Assembly: GCA_964626665.1 (NCBI GenBank)
Contig: CAZVGK010000003.1
Span: 1-64,000 of the forward strand
Length of the DNA: 64,000 bases
Source of the DNA: an uncultured Gemmatimonadota bacterium
Lineage (GTDB): Bacteria; SM23-81; DAOVCL01
Reading direction: 5' to 3'
Position 1 is the first letter of the stretch. Each line of letters begins with the position of its first letter. Below are positions 20,284 to 29,972 of the stretch, piece by piece. Both the position numbers and the translations under genes were made by a program. The notes under the pieces were generated by a model. It made no database searches. It saw nothing but the letters and a program-made list of their open reading frames with translations, and was not told the DNA's origin.

Positions 20284-20644
20284 TGTAGGTTACCCGGTAG
20301 CCCTCCGTCTCCAAGACCGTCACCGAGTTCAAGGTTAAGGGGGATTTAATCAGAGGCTTTAGCCGATCGTAGATGCACTTGGCCAAGGATTCAGAGGTAG
20401 GATTAACCTTTTGAAAATAGAGAAGCTCGTTCAGATCCCGGTGATCAAACTCCGAGATTACTCCATCCACCAGACCCTTAAGTTTCTTGAAGTCCATGGC
20501 CATCCCCAGCCTATCCAACTCCCCCCCTTTCACCATTACCTCCACGCCGAAGTTGTGGCCATGAAACCGGGCACAGGGACCATCATAACCCATAATCCGG
20601 TGGGCAGCGGCAAAACTGCTCTTTACGGTAAGATAATACATCAA
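20273..20644 (-). CDS. queD: 6-carboxytetrahydropterin synthase
   Basis: FAAAH, CARFHGHN, DHRDLN, NPTSE, VLETE. Confidence 0.93.
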   Translation of the reverse strand: MMYYLTVKSSFAAAHRIMGYDGPCARFHGHNFGVEVMVKGGELDRLGMAMDFKKLKGLVDGVISEFDHRDLNELLYFQKVNPTSESLAKCIYDRLKPLIKSPLTLNSVTVLETEGYRVTYSEA

Positions 20645-20951
20645 ACCGAACTTAGCTCCCTTTGGGCAGACTTTTCTGACAGGATAACAGGATTTACAGG
20701 ATTCTTGTTTATCTTGTCATCCCGGCTATAATTAAAAAGCTTCCCTCGGACTCCGTTAAATCAGAGTCCTTACAATAAAAAACCCCGACAATTTGAGATG
20801 TTAGCTAAGAATTTATGAATAGATCGGATTAATGGGATTAACATCATTTTTATTTATCCTGTTCATCCTGTCAATCCTGTCTAAAAATGCGAATTCCTAT
20901 ACTATTCAAGTCACGTCTGCAATGTAATATTAAGGTCTGGCCGATTAAAAG

Positions 20952-22625
20952 TCAAGTGGTTTTGGAGGTTGTAATCCTCTTCATCCAATAGTAATCCCAT
21001 CCCCCCTCATAGCGACGGATAACACCATTCTCCATCTCGATTATGCGCTGGGAAAGCTTCTTTAAGAAGTACCTGTCATGGGAGGTGAAGAGTATGGTCC
21101 CAGGGAATTGAAGCAGGGCCTCCTCAACTGCTATCCGCGCCTCAATATCCAGATGATTTGTCGGCTCATCCAAGATAAGGAGATTGCACTGGGAGAGGAG
21201 AAGCCTGGCTATGACCACTTTCCCCATCTCTCCTATGCTAAGTTCCCCAACCTTTTCGTTAACCCGGCCCTTCCTAAACTTCAGACACCCAAGGACAGTT
21301 CTGGCAAAGGTCTGGGCGACTCCACTTCCCAAGACCTCCTGCAAAACGGTATGCTCCGGATTGAGGACCTCCCTCTCCTGGGGATAGTAACCGATCCTCA
21401 CCCTATCCCCCAATCTTATCCTACCCCTGTCGGCATCCTCCAGACCGAGGATAAGCTTAAAAAGGGTCGTCTTCCCTGAACCATTAGGGCCAATGACGGC
21501 TAAGTTCTCACCATTGCGCAGGGAGAAGCTAAGTCCAGAAAAGAGCCTCTTTTCCCCATATGATTTGGTCAAATCCTCAACCTCACAGATTAGTTCCCCA
21601 CTTGACTGGGGGAGGTCAAAGTCGATCTTAATCTTCTTCTCCACCCAGGGTTTTTCCACCTTCTCCTTCTCCAACAGGTGTTGCATCCTTTTCTCTACCG
21701 CCTTGGCCCTCTTGGCCATCTTTGCGGCCCGGTGGGTAATATAGCCCTTTGCTCCCCCTCCCCCAATCCTATCCTTCTCCCTCCTTTTGGCCCATACCTT
21801 CCTCTGCGAGGCTTCCCTCCTCATCTTCTTGACCCTTCTCCTCTGTTGTTCATAGTCCTCCCAGGCTTTCCTCTCCTCAAGCTTCTTCTGTTGTTGATAG
21901 AAAGAGTAATTTCCAGAATAGATTTTTAAGGATTTTCTATTAAGCTGCAGGATTTTGTCCACTACCCGATCCAGAAAGAACCTGTCGTGGGATACAACCA
22001 GAACCGTTCTCTTGTAGGAGCTCAGCCAACCCTCCAACCACTCCAAGGCCCTGATATCCAGATGGTTGGTGGGCTCATCCAGAAGGAGAAGTTCTGGTTC
22101 CTTGAGGAGGAGCTTGGTTAGTTGGGCTTTGCTCTTCTGGCCGCTGCTCAGCAGATCATAGGGAGTGTTGAGATCATGCTCACTAAATCTTAGTCCATAG
22201 AGGACCAGTTGAATCCTGTTCTCCAACCCATAGCCTCCCATAGCCTCAAATTCCTCCTGCAGTTGCCCGTATCTTCTCAGGACAGAGTCCTCGGTGGAGC
22301 CTTCAAGGGTTTCCATCTCCCCCTTTAAGGCTACCAACCTGGGAAAGGCCCCCTTCACCTCATCCAAAAGGGTCAAAGAAGAGGATTGGATTGGAGTCTG
22401 CCGGAGAAACCCGATGGAGATCCCTTTCTTTGGCCTGAACACCTGGCCTCTGAGGGGTAGGACTTCACCATATAGTATCCGCAGAAGGGTTGTCTTGCCC
22501 GAACCATTGGGGCCAATAAGACCTATCTTTTCCCTTCCGCTCAGTTCGAAAGAGACATCCTCAAAGATGGGTTCTGGCTGGCCTTCAAACCCATAGGTAA
22601 CACTTTTGACCTGTAAGTTGAACAT
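20952..22625 (-). CDS. ABC-F ATPase of ribosomal-protection (ARE, Lsa/CplR/VmlR-like) type; likely start ATG 22625
   Basis: two ABC domains (GPNGSGKT twice, LDEPTNHLD twice), no TM segments, long linker with KGYITHRAAKMAKRAK. Confidence 0.85.
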   Translation of the reverse strand: MFNLQVKSVTYGFEGQPEPIFEDVSFELSGREKIGLIGPNGSGKTTLLRILYGEVLPLRGQVFRPKKGISIGFLRQTPIQSSSLTLLDEVKGAFPRLVALKGEMETLEGSTEDSVLRRYGQLQEEFEAMGGYGLENRIQLVLYGLRFSEHDLNTPYDLLSSGQKSKAQLTKLLLKEPELLLLDEPTNHLDIRALEWLEGWLSSYKRTVLVVSHDRFFLDRVVDKILQLNRKSLKIYSGNYSFYQQQKKLEERKAWEDYEQQRRRVKKMRREASQRKVWAKRREKDRIGGGGAKGYITHRAAKMAKRAKAVEKRMQHLLEKEKVEKPWVEKKIKIDFDLPQSSGELICEVEDLTKSYGEKRLFSGLSFSLRNGENLAVIGPNGSGKTTLFKLILGLEDADRGRIRLGDRVRIGYYPQEREVLNPEHTVLQEVLGSGVAQTFARTVLGCLKFRKGRVNEKVGELSIGEMGKVVIARLLLSQCNLLILDEPTNHLDIEARIAVEEALLQFPGTILFTSHDRYFLKKLSQRIIEMENGVIRRYEGGWDYYWMKRITTSKTT

Positions 22626-22628
22626 AGC

Positions 22629-22656
22629 AAAAAAATCCACGGAGGTAATCCGTGGA
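22629..22656 (-). terminator. leader hairpin plus U-tract (putative attenuator) directly before ABC-F start
   Basis: minus strand TCCACGGA-ttacc-TCCGTGGA-TTTTTTT-gct-ATG. Confidence 0.65.
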
Positions 22657-23020
22657 CTAGTTAAGTTTTAGCGATTATTCTGTCCGTTGTCTTAGCTTAC
22701 GGTATCTTCCTCCTTTATCCTAATTCATTCACAAATTCTGACTACCAAGACATTAACTCACTAAAAATGTAGAAAACAAGAGCAATTTGGTTTGCGAACT
22801 AAGTCACTATGCTGTGAACTTTTGCTTTAACCTCAAAAGCGAGGTAGCGGAACCCCGATTCTGCCACCATCAATGACCACGGATAACCACGGACTTGCAC
22901 AGAATAGAACACGAATATGAGAACGTAGATCGTTAAACTCTGTGTCCTTTGCGTCTTTGCGGTTAATTGAATTATTCAGGCTAATGGCTTATATTTAAGC
23001 TAATATCTCCATTTGAAACA

Positions 23021-23049
23021 AAGGTAACAAACATCTCCCTGGATGTCAA
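23021..23049 (-). promoter_or_regulatory. sigma70-type promoter for the ABC-F leader
   Basis: TTGACA-17 bp-TACCTT with TG extension on minus strand. Confidence 0.5.
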
Positions 23050-23574
23050 GCCAAAAATCGAGCTGTCAAATCCCTTGATCTGAGAACCTAACGCCCCTCG
23101 GACAGGCTTTATAGGACGCAGATAAACGTCGATCCTCCGCTCCTTGTGGATGTTATCATCCACAAGTGAATATTCCCTCCTCCCTCAAGGCAGGAACCCT
23201 ACCAACACAGACTCCACCCAATATTCTGCTTGACTCTTTTGCTGCCCACCCTTATTTTTAGGGCATCATTAACCCGACCCATTCATAAATCAGCATCAAA
23301 CCCCAAATTGCCCAAGCCGTAGGGGGCAGGTTTCCAAACCGAGCCGTGGGGTGGAGGTGCATAAATGGCTCTCTCTCCATTAAACGGATGCATAATCCTA
23401 TTTTGAAAATGTTCTGCCAGTTGGTCATCATTTTATGAATAATTCAGGTTGGGTTTTGATATGGCTTAATAGTATCCTGTAACTTAATGACCTCTTATGG
23501 AATTTTTCATTAGTTTATTTTTTCACTTTTCATTCATCTTTATGATAACACCGAGCAATTTCGGGGGACAAGGA

Positions 23575-24273
23575 ATGAAAACAATTGGGCTTATTGGTGG
23601 GATGAGTTGGGAATCATCAATGGAATATTACCGAGTCATCAATGAGGCCGTCCACGCTAAACTTGGTAGCCTCCATTCTGCCAAGATCATTATGGCCTCA
23701 GTTGACTTCGCCGAAATAGAGCCGCTTCAGCACCAGGGAAAGTGGGAAGAGGCCACAAAGCTAATGATTGCCGCCGCCAGAAAGATAGAATCTGGAGGTG
23801 CGGATTTCCTTGTCATTTGCACCAACACTATGCACAAGATGGCTGCTGAGGTGCAGAGGCAGATCAACATCCCCTTGTTGCACATTGCCGATGCCACCGC
23901 TAAGCAGATAAAGGCTCAAGGTATAGGAAAAATCGGCCTTTTGGGAACCAAGTTTACCATGGAGGAAAATTTCTATAAAGGCATACTCATCAACAAACAC
24001 CGCTTAGATGTCATTATCCCCAACGAGCAGGAAAGGGAGATTGTTCATCGCGTGATCTATGAGGAGTTGTGTCTTGGTGAGATGAAACCATCTTCAAAAG
24101 CGCAGTTCATTGGTATCATGGATAATCTCATTAGCAACGGTGCCGAAGGCATTATTTTAGGTTGCACAGAGATAGGCCTGCTGGTGGGAGAAGAAGACAG
24201 CCAGGTCCCATTGTTTGATACCACAAAGATTCACGCTTTCGCTGCCGTTGAATATGCTCTGGAGGAGTTATGA
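23575..24273 (+). CDS. aspartate/glutamate racemase family (RacX/YgeA-like)
   Basis: MKTIGLIGGMSWES, ICTNTMH, ILGCTEI; start refined to ATG 23575 after AAGGA. Confidence 0.9.
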   Translation: MKTIGLIGGMSWESSMEYYRVINEAVHAKLGSLHSAKIIMASVDFAEIEPLQHQGKWEEATKLMIAAARKIESGGADFLVICTNTMHKMAAEVQRQINIPLLHIADATAKQIKAQGIGKIGLLGTKFTMEENFYKGILINKHRLDVIIPNEQEREIVHRVIYEELCLGEMKPSSKAQFIGIMDNLISNGAEGIILGCTEIGLLVGEEDSQVPLFDTTKIHAFAAVEYALEEL

Positions 24274-24692
24274 GCAGTTGCGTATTCTGTGAGATCTTAG
24301 CAGAAAAGCTCCCCTCAAGCATCATCTTCAGGGATGATCTGTGCTGTGCATTGATGGATATTCAGCCCGTTAATCCAGGGCATGTGCTGCTCATCCCCAC
24401 CTATCATGCCCCGTCTCTTGCGGAACTTGATGAAGAATCAGGAATTCATATGTTTCGAACAGCACAACGCATCGCAAATGCCTTAAGAAGCAGTGGGATC
24501 AAATGCGAAGGCGTCAACTTCTTTTTAGCAGACGGTTCCGCCGCAGGCCAAGAGGTTTTCCATGTCCATTTGCATGTATTTCCACGATACGAGGGCGATG
24601 GATTTGGGTTAAGGTTTGGACCGGAGTATGGCAAAAGACCTACAAGGGAAGAACTCGATACTATAGCCAATCAGATTCGTATTAAGCTATGA
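24270..24692 (+). CDS. HIT family hydrolase
   Basis: CVFC, DIQP..PGHVL, AGQEVFHVHLHV. Confidence 0.92.
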   Translation: MSSCVFCEILAEKLPSSIIFRDDLCCALMDIQPVNPGHVLLIPTYHAPSLAELDEESGIHMFRTAQRIANALRSSGIKCEGVNFFLADGSAAGQEVFHVHLHVFPRYEGDGFGLRFGPEYGKRPTREELDTIANQIRIKL

Positions 24693-25462
24693 GTGAGATG
24701 GACTCCCCTCTCGCCGTCAGGGAAGGGCACATAATGGCTGTTCGCATTTGGCTACACGAGAACATTGGGGATGAACCAGGCTGGAACGCTTGGGGGCTTG
24801 ATTTCCTTGGATTCGCTACATGGGCCCCCACCAGGGGCGAGGTCCTGGGACGGGTGCCCACCAAGCTTGAGGAATATCTTGGTTGGCTCGATAAGCACGG
24901 CCTTTCGCAGCCAAATCCTGGCCCAGGGATCGAGGATATTGAGCATGTTGTCGGCAACGAGGTGTTATTCGCTGTCGATCGTTATCCAGCCACACCAGAT
25001 GAAATCGACCGAACAATTCGGCTGATCGGATTCTCCCGATGCGATCTGCTGGCGACGATCGAGCCCTTATCAAACGAAGTGCTCGATTGGAACCCTCCGT
25101 ATCGTAATTTCGCTGGCTGGGCAGACTGGCGGACGATTCGCGCCAATCTTGCGCATATCGCTAATACTGAGCTTCACTATTACCTTCGACATATCGGGTA
25201 TAAACCGACGATGCCACCGGTTAGGCCCGATGACGATTGGCGAGGTTTCCTACCTCGAAGCCGCGCCGAAGTTATCGCCTATCTCGAACGGCTGAAGAGT
25301 TCAGCAGATCGGGCAAGGGTCAAGGAAGACAAGGGCGAGTATTGGTCGGTGCGTAAGGCACTCCGCCGCATGGTCAGGCATGAGTTGCTACATTGGAAAA
25401 GCATCCAGCGGATCGTGCGCGAGTACAATGCGAATTACGGATCGGGGACCACTGCGGATTAG
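24689..25462 (+). CDS. HicB-like N-terminus fused to DinB-like four-helix domain
   Basis: AWGLDFLGFATWAPT; TIRANLAHIANTE; WSVRKALRRMVRHELLH. Confidence 0.6.
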   Translation: MSEMDSPLAVREGHIMAVRIWLHENIGDEPGWNAWGLDFLGFATWAPTRGEVLGRVPTKLEEYLGWLDKHGLSQPNPGPGIEDIEHVVGNEVLFAVDRYPATPDEIDRTIRLIGFSRCDLLATIEPLSNEVLDWNPPYRNFAGWADWRTIRANLAHIANTELHYYLRHIGYKPTMPPVRPDDDWRGFLPRSRAEVIAYLERLKSSADRARVKEDKGEYWSVRKALRRMVRHELLHWKSIQRIVREYNANYGSGTTAD

Positions 25463-25730
25463 CGGTGATCTGTGCAAAGCGATTTAAAATGGGGGTTCGT
25501 AAGCAAATGTTTTGAGATCTTCCTAGCGCGGCAAAGCCACAACCAAATAATTCACCGCAAAGTCGCAAAGGACGCAAAGTTTAAAGATTATTAACTAATC
25601 GTTTTATTTCATCTTTCCTTTGCTTTTTATTTCCTCTGCGATCTTTGTGGCTTTGCGGTTGCTACTAAAAACTTTGTCAAAAAAACAAGATCTTGCAAGA
25701 TTGTAGTATATTGATACTTGCTTTTTTCAC

Positions 25731-25775
25731 ACTTAACAAGCACATGCAGCAGACCAGCTAATGTCCGCCTCTGAG
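25731..25775 (+). other. degenerate attC-like site interrupted by a repeat insertion
   Basis: ACTTAAC (RYYYAAC)-aagca-CATGCAGC...GCTAATG; GTTAGGT found at 25981 beyond an inserted repeat. Confidence 0.4.
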
Positions 25776-25784
25776 GAGGCCAGC

Positions 25785-25870
25785 GAAGCTTCGCCTCAAA
25801 CCATCCAGCTATGGCAGCATAAACTGGGCGAAGCTTCGAATGTAAAATGAAGAATGTAGAATTAAGAATG
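25785..25870 (+). repeat. GAAGCTTCG-bounded repeat; inverted copy at ~42320-42395, partial ends at ~16790, ~43140, ~63745
   Basis: GAAGCTTCGCCTCAAACC..CAGCTATGGCAG.ATAAACTGGGCGAAGCTTCGAAT followed by 7-bp periodic GTAGAAT/GAAGAAT. Confidence 0.75.
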
Positions 25871-25993
25871 AAAAAACCTGAAGGCGAGGGGTCTGGGTCT
25901 AAGCTTATTGGCCACCTCTTTCCTCCTGCCCCCAAAACTTGACACAAATTTTAAGAAGTTGCCTTATGAAGGAGGCTAGTGTTAGGTGTCGTG

Positions 25994-26500
25994 ATGCGTT
26001 ATCGTAAAATCCACATCATTGGTGGACCCAGTAGCGGCAAGTCATCCGTTGCATCCAAGATCTCAACTGCATACGACATCCCAGCTTTCGATCTGGATGA
26101 CATTTTCTGGGATCGCCGTGCTGATCGCTATGGTATAAAGGCACCTAAGGAGGAGCGAGATCGGGCTTTGTTGCGGGTCTTGCAGCATGACTCCTGGATT
26201 ATTGAGGGTGTTTACTATCGATGGTTATCCCGTAGCTTTGAAGACGCCGGTCTCATTATCATCCTTACTCCATCAGTGTGGCTGCGCGACTGGCGAATTC
26301 TCAAGCGCTTTGTCAAACGCAAACTGAGTCTCATCAAATCCAAAAAAGAAAAACTGGCTGACCTTTGGCGGCTCATCAAATGGAATCATGGTTACGATAC
26401 CGACAATCTTCAGCGAGCTCGCGCGTTTATCGCCAAGCTCAACCATAAAGTTGTTGACTGCAAGACAACAAAAGACGTATTCACGGCACTGGAAAGTTGA
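25994..26500 (+). CDS. P-loop kinase, FlaR/topology-modulation-like (cassette-like gene)
   Basis: KIHIIGGPSSGKS, DLDDIFW, WIIEGVY; preceded by GTTAGGT and followed by ATTTAAC. Confidence 0.8.
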   Translation: MRYRKIHIIGGPSSGKSSVASKISTAYDIPAFDLDDIFWDRRADRYGIKAPKEERDRALLRVLQHDSWIIEGVYYRWLSRSFEDAGLIIILTPSVWLRDWRILKRFVKRKLSLIKSKKEKLADLWRLIKWNHGYDTDNLQRARAFIAKLNHKVVDCKTTKDVFTALES

Positions 26501-26501
26501 C

Positions 26502-26572
26502 ATTTAACCGTTTACTGCAACTGACCTGCATTTCGCTAGCGCTCACGCAGCAGGTGAGCTCAAAAGGTAACA
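26502..26572 (+). other. degenerate attC-like site
   Basis: ATTTAAC right after stop; ACTGCAACTG...ACCTGC/GCAGGT...CAGGTGAGC; R' mutated to GGTAACA. Confidence 0.55.
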
Positions 26573-26574
26573 AT

Positions 26575-26988
26575 ATGAAATTCCTGCCACTCGACTCGGA
26601 AGACCAGAAGCTAATCGAAGCCGCAAGAGACGCCCTACGGAGGAATTACCGTCCTGTAAGGCACACGGTGGGAGCTGCAGTTTTGTGTTCCTCTGGCCGC
26701 ATCTACACGGGAATCAACATAGAAGCATGCGGTTATGGTCCTTGTGCTGAACCCATCGCTATTGGCACAGCCTTTACTCACGGTGAGAGGGACATTCTTG
26801 CTATTGTTGCTGTATGCAAGCGGGGCAATGAGTATCCTGTTCTTTCACCTTGCGGAAACTGCCGTCAACTATTAGTCGACTACGCTCCGGAGGCAATGGT
26901 CATTTTTAACGACAATGGCAAGGTTCTGAAGACACCCGCACGAAACCTTTTACCTGGTGCTTACATCAGCGATTTTGACGATGGTTGA
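26575..26988 (+). CDS. cytidine deaminase family (BSD/CDA-like)
   Basis: VGAAV, YTGINIE, CAEPIA, LSPCGNCRQ, LLP; start refined to ATG 26575. Confidence 0.88.
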   Translation: MKFLPLDSEDQKLIEAARDALRRNYRPVRHTVGAAVLCSSGRIYTGINIEACGYGPCAEPIAIGTAFTHGERDILAIVAVCKRGNEYPVLSPCGNCRQLLVDYAPEAMVIFNDNGKVLKTPARNLLPGAYISDFDDG

Positions 26989-27315
26989 TTCGTCGTTACA
27001 CCTGATTGTACTAAGGAAATTAGGGACACTTCCCATTTTCCCTAGCAACTGAGGTTGACAAGTCGTGAGGAGCGGGCTAAAGTCCTATTCCTACAAGCTC
27101 GAACATCGACATCGCAAAATGCCTCCCACAATACACACTTCTACTCAGCTTTATCCGATGGTTCCCTTGAGCTGGAGGCAGCTCCACCAGCACCAAAAAA
27201 AACAAAGACACTTTATGAACTGGATCGCTCCGTATTGGACTGTAGATCTTTGTTTTAATCTAAATTTTATCAAGACTTTGAGACTTGGTGCCTTTGTGGC
27301 ATATAAATTATTCAG

Positions 27316-29553
27316 CTAAGTTTGTAGCAAAAGAATAAAGAAGGCGCCGAAGTTTATCAGGGCCAAGGCCCAACAGGTTCCCGGAATGCCCAAGATGGGC
27401 AGGAGAAAGGCTGAGGCCAGAAGCGCCCCTAAGCAGGAACCCACCAGATCAAGACCATAGACCAGGCCGGCAGATTTGGATACCCTCCTTCCAGACCTTA
27501 GATAGAGTTTGTTGGCCAAAGGGAACTGAAACCCACCTAAGAGTCCCCCACCCAGGATGAGCAGGGGGAAGAGGAGATTTGCCCCCCAAGAAGGGGAACC
27601 TCTGGAGGAGAAGAGGGCAAAGGTAGCTAAGAGAATCAGGGGATAGATGGCCACTAAGAGCTGGGTGCCAACGAAAACGAAAAAGGGCGAACGAAATGAC
27701 CGTAACTTGTAGGTGGACAACCCGCTTCCTATGGCCAAACCAATCATATAGGCGGTGATCAAAAATCCCAACTTGTAGTAGAGAAAGCCAAAGAATACTT
27801 GAAAGGCAAGGATGATCATCACCTCAAAGGCTATCTCCGCAAAGCCCATACTCATCACCGCTAAAAGGATGGCCTTTCCCTTCAGCCTCCTTCTCCAACC
27901 CCCGAAAAGGAGAAGAAGGAGCAACATAGGTGCGGCAACCCAGAGGAGATTCATCTTGGAGAAGAAGAGGAAAATCTCCTTGAAATTACGGCTAAAGAAG
28001 GTCGCCCAAAGCACCATATCGTTGTAATAGGAGATGGGATAAAAGTCCCTATTCAGCTTGGATGATTCCCTTATGTTCGAGAGCAGATACTCCACCCTTT
28101 CCTGCGAAAGCTTGAAGGGAAGGTAATACTCCCGCACATATTTAGCTTTTATCCCCCTCTGTTTTAACCTTTTGATTAGAACTTCAGGTTTGTAGGTGAG
28201 CACCCCGGGGGCCTGGCAAGCTATAAACCGGTTCAGATCCCCGGGGATGACTACCACATCCGGGAATACCTGCTGCAGCGAGGAGAAGATACTGCTGAGG
28301 TAACGGGAGAGCTCTGGACCTATGTAGTTTTCCGAGGAGGTGACGGTGAGAGAGATTATCCCCTGGGGGTTAAGTATTTTCCTTGCTTCGTTAAAGAACT
28401 CAACTGTGTAGAAACGGTTAATCTGGGCGGTGTATGGATCTGGTAGGTTCACGATGATCACATCGAAGCTTTCCCTCGCTTTCTTCACCCAGAGCCGGCC
28501 GTCGGTGTTGATCACTTCCACCCGGGGATCGGAAAGATTCTTTACCTCTTCGGGAGGAAGATATTCCCTGCCCAGTTGGATGACCTTTGGATCCAGCTCC
28601 AGATAGACCACTCTTCTGATCCCTTTATCCTTCAGGATCTGCTCCAAGCTCCCCCCTAACCCACCACCAAGGAGAAGAACCTTTTGGGGCGAGGGGTGCT
28701 CCAAGAGGGCGAAGAGCACCGATTCCTCGGCAGTTAAAATATCGGGATAAGTAAAAATTAAAAGCCCGTTTTCAAAGAGGCTCACCTGTTTCCCTCTCCT
28801 GGTCAGGGCCAAATTTCCATAGACGGTATCGGTCGATTTGACGAGTTGGAAGCCTTTCCATTGAAATTCCCTGCTCAACTGGCTCAGCTTTGAGGCTTGC
28901 GGGAAGAGGAAAAGGACAAAAAGCAGGAGGCAAAGGGAGCTGATCTGATAGCTCAATTTTCCTCCCTTCCAGTAAAGCAGAAAGGAAGAGAAGAGAAGGA
29001 TGGAGGAGAGGCAGAGGGCCATCTGCAAAGGGGTGAGCAAATGGATAAAGACATAATTGAATAGAAGGCCCCCCACAGATGAGCCAATCGCCTCCAAAAG
29101 GTAGACCTTGCCCAGAAGAGCTGCCCTTTCCTCCCCCTTTTTTTGGGTCATCTCACTGCCTAAGGGGAAGAGCCCGCCGGAGATAAGGCAGAAGGGGGCC
29201 AGGGTGAGAAAGGAAATCAGGAAGATGGGGAGAAAACCAAGGATCTCTCCGGGAGAGGCCCCGACAATAAGCTTGCTTCCCCTTACTCCCACTATGGAGA
29301 TTGGCAGAAGGAGGGAGAGGATAACTTGCAGGGTGGCAAACTTTGTTACCCTTTCTCTCCATAGCCTGGCCAGTTTTCCAACCAGTAAAGCCCCAGCAGA
29401 GGTCCAGATAAGCCAGTTGGCCAATACAACCCCAGTGGAGAGCTCATTCCCATAAAAGACGACTAAGAGCTCCCTCATCAGGATAATCTGCCCTAAGATG
29501 GCGGCAAAACCGATGAGGAAAAGGGCAAAAATTATCCTTTTCTTCACAATCAA
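27316..29553 (-). CDS. polytopic membrane protein fused to a spermidine-synthase-like SAM domain
   Basis: N- and C-terminal TM bundles; KVLLLGGGLGG, ELDP, DGR, DVIIVNLPDP, FYTVEF. Confidence 0.8.
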   Translation of the reverse strand: MIVKKRIIFALFLIGFAAILGQIILMRELLVVFYGNELSTGVVLANWLIWTSAGALLVGKLARLWRERVTKFATLQVILSLLLPISIVGVRGSKLIVGASPGEILGFLPIFLISFLTLAPFCLISGGLFPLGSEMTQKKGEERAALLGKVYLLEAIGSSVGGLLFNYVFIHLLTPLQMALCLSSILLFSSFLLYWKGGKLSYQISSLCLLLFVLFLFPQASKLSQLSREFQWKGFQLVKSTDTVYGNLALTRRGKQVSLFENGLLIFTYPDILTAEESVLFALLEHPSPQKVLLLGGGLGGSLEQILKDKGIRRVVYLELDPKVIQLGREYLPPEEVKNLSDPRVEVINTDGRLWVKKARESFDVIIVNLPDPYTAQINRFYTVEFFNEARKILNPQGIISLTVTSSENYIGPELSRYLSSIFSSLQQVFPDVVVIPGDLNRFIACQAPGVLTYKPEVLIKRLKQRGIKAKYVREYYLPFKLSQERVEYLLSNIRESSKLNRDFYPISYYNDMVLWATFFSRNFKEIFLFFSKMNLLWVAAPMLLLLLLFGGWRRRLKGKAILLAVMSMGFAEIAFEVMIILAFQVFFGFLYYKLGFLITAYMIGLAIGSGLSTYKLRSFRSPFFVFVGTQLLVAIYPLILLATFALFSSRGSPSWGANLLFPLLILGGGLLGGFQFPLANKLYLRSGRRVSKSAGLVYGLDLVGSCLGALLASAFLLPILGIPGTCWALALINFGAFFILLLQT

Positions 29554-29593
29554 ACCCTATTAAATTAGAGAACAGTTCACCACGGACTATCAC

Positions 29594-29825
29594 AGCGCGG
29601 CAAAGCCGCAACCAAGCAAGGGCCACGGATTACACGGATTTCACTGAATCTATAGAACATAAATGACACGAATAGATAAATTTACCACAGAAACTCACGG
29701 GAAAAAGCAATTAAGAATTGAGAATTAAAAATTAGGTTTATGCTGGCTATTCCTGATTCCCGATCCCTGTTTTTCTGTACTTAGTCCGTGGTTATCCGTG
29801 GTGAATTCACCACGAATCTCACAGA
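29594..29825 (+). repeat. GCGCGGCAAAGCCGCAACC-headed composite repeat; near-copy at ~31615-31830, related head at ~25525
   Basis: colinear CCACGGATT.CAC.GAT arms, GAATTGAGAATTAAAAATT, CTGATTCC, CCGTGGTTATCCGTGGTGAA. Confidence 0.75.
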
Positions 29826-29972
29826 GCTATATAGTCCAGGCAGGTTTTGGAACCTACGGGAGGTTTATAAACCTTATCCTGTTTATCCTGTCAATCCTGT
29901 CTAAAAAGGAGACTCTTATACTTTTGAAAAAATCTAAACAATAAAGGGAGGAAAAGCAAGGGGATTTTGGAG

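Noticed and set aside
17848..20644. dpd-type 7-deazaguanine DNA-modification system
   Set aside because: No dpdA/tgt-like or other dpd genes nearby; composition matches the backbone
20645..20790. preQ1 riboswitch upstream of queD
   Set aside because: The hairpin + A-rich tail is on the wrong strand, lacks the preQ1 loop consensus and lies inside a repeat element
27055..27319. Small ORFs after a TTGACA-17-TAAAGT promoter-like site
   Set aside because: No SD or recognisable protein; starts overlap the promoter boxes
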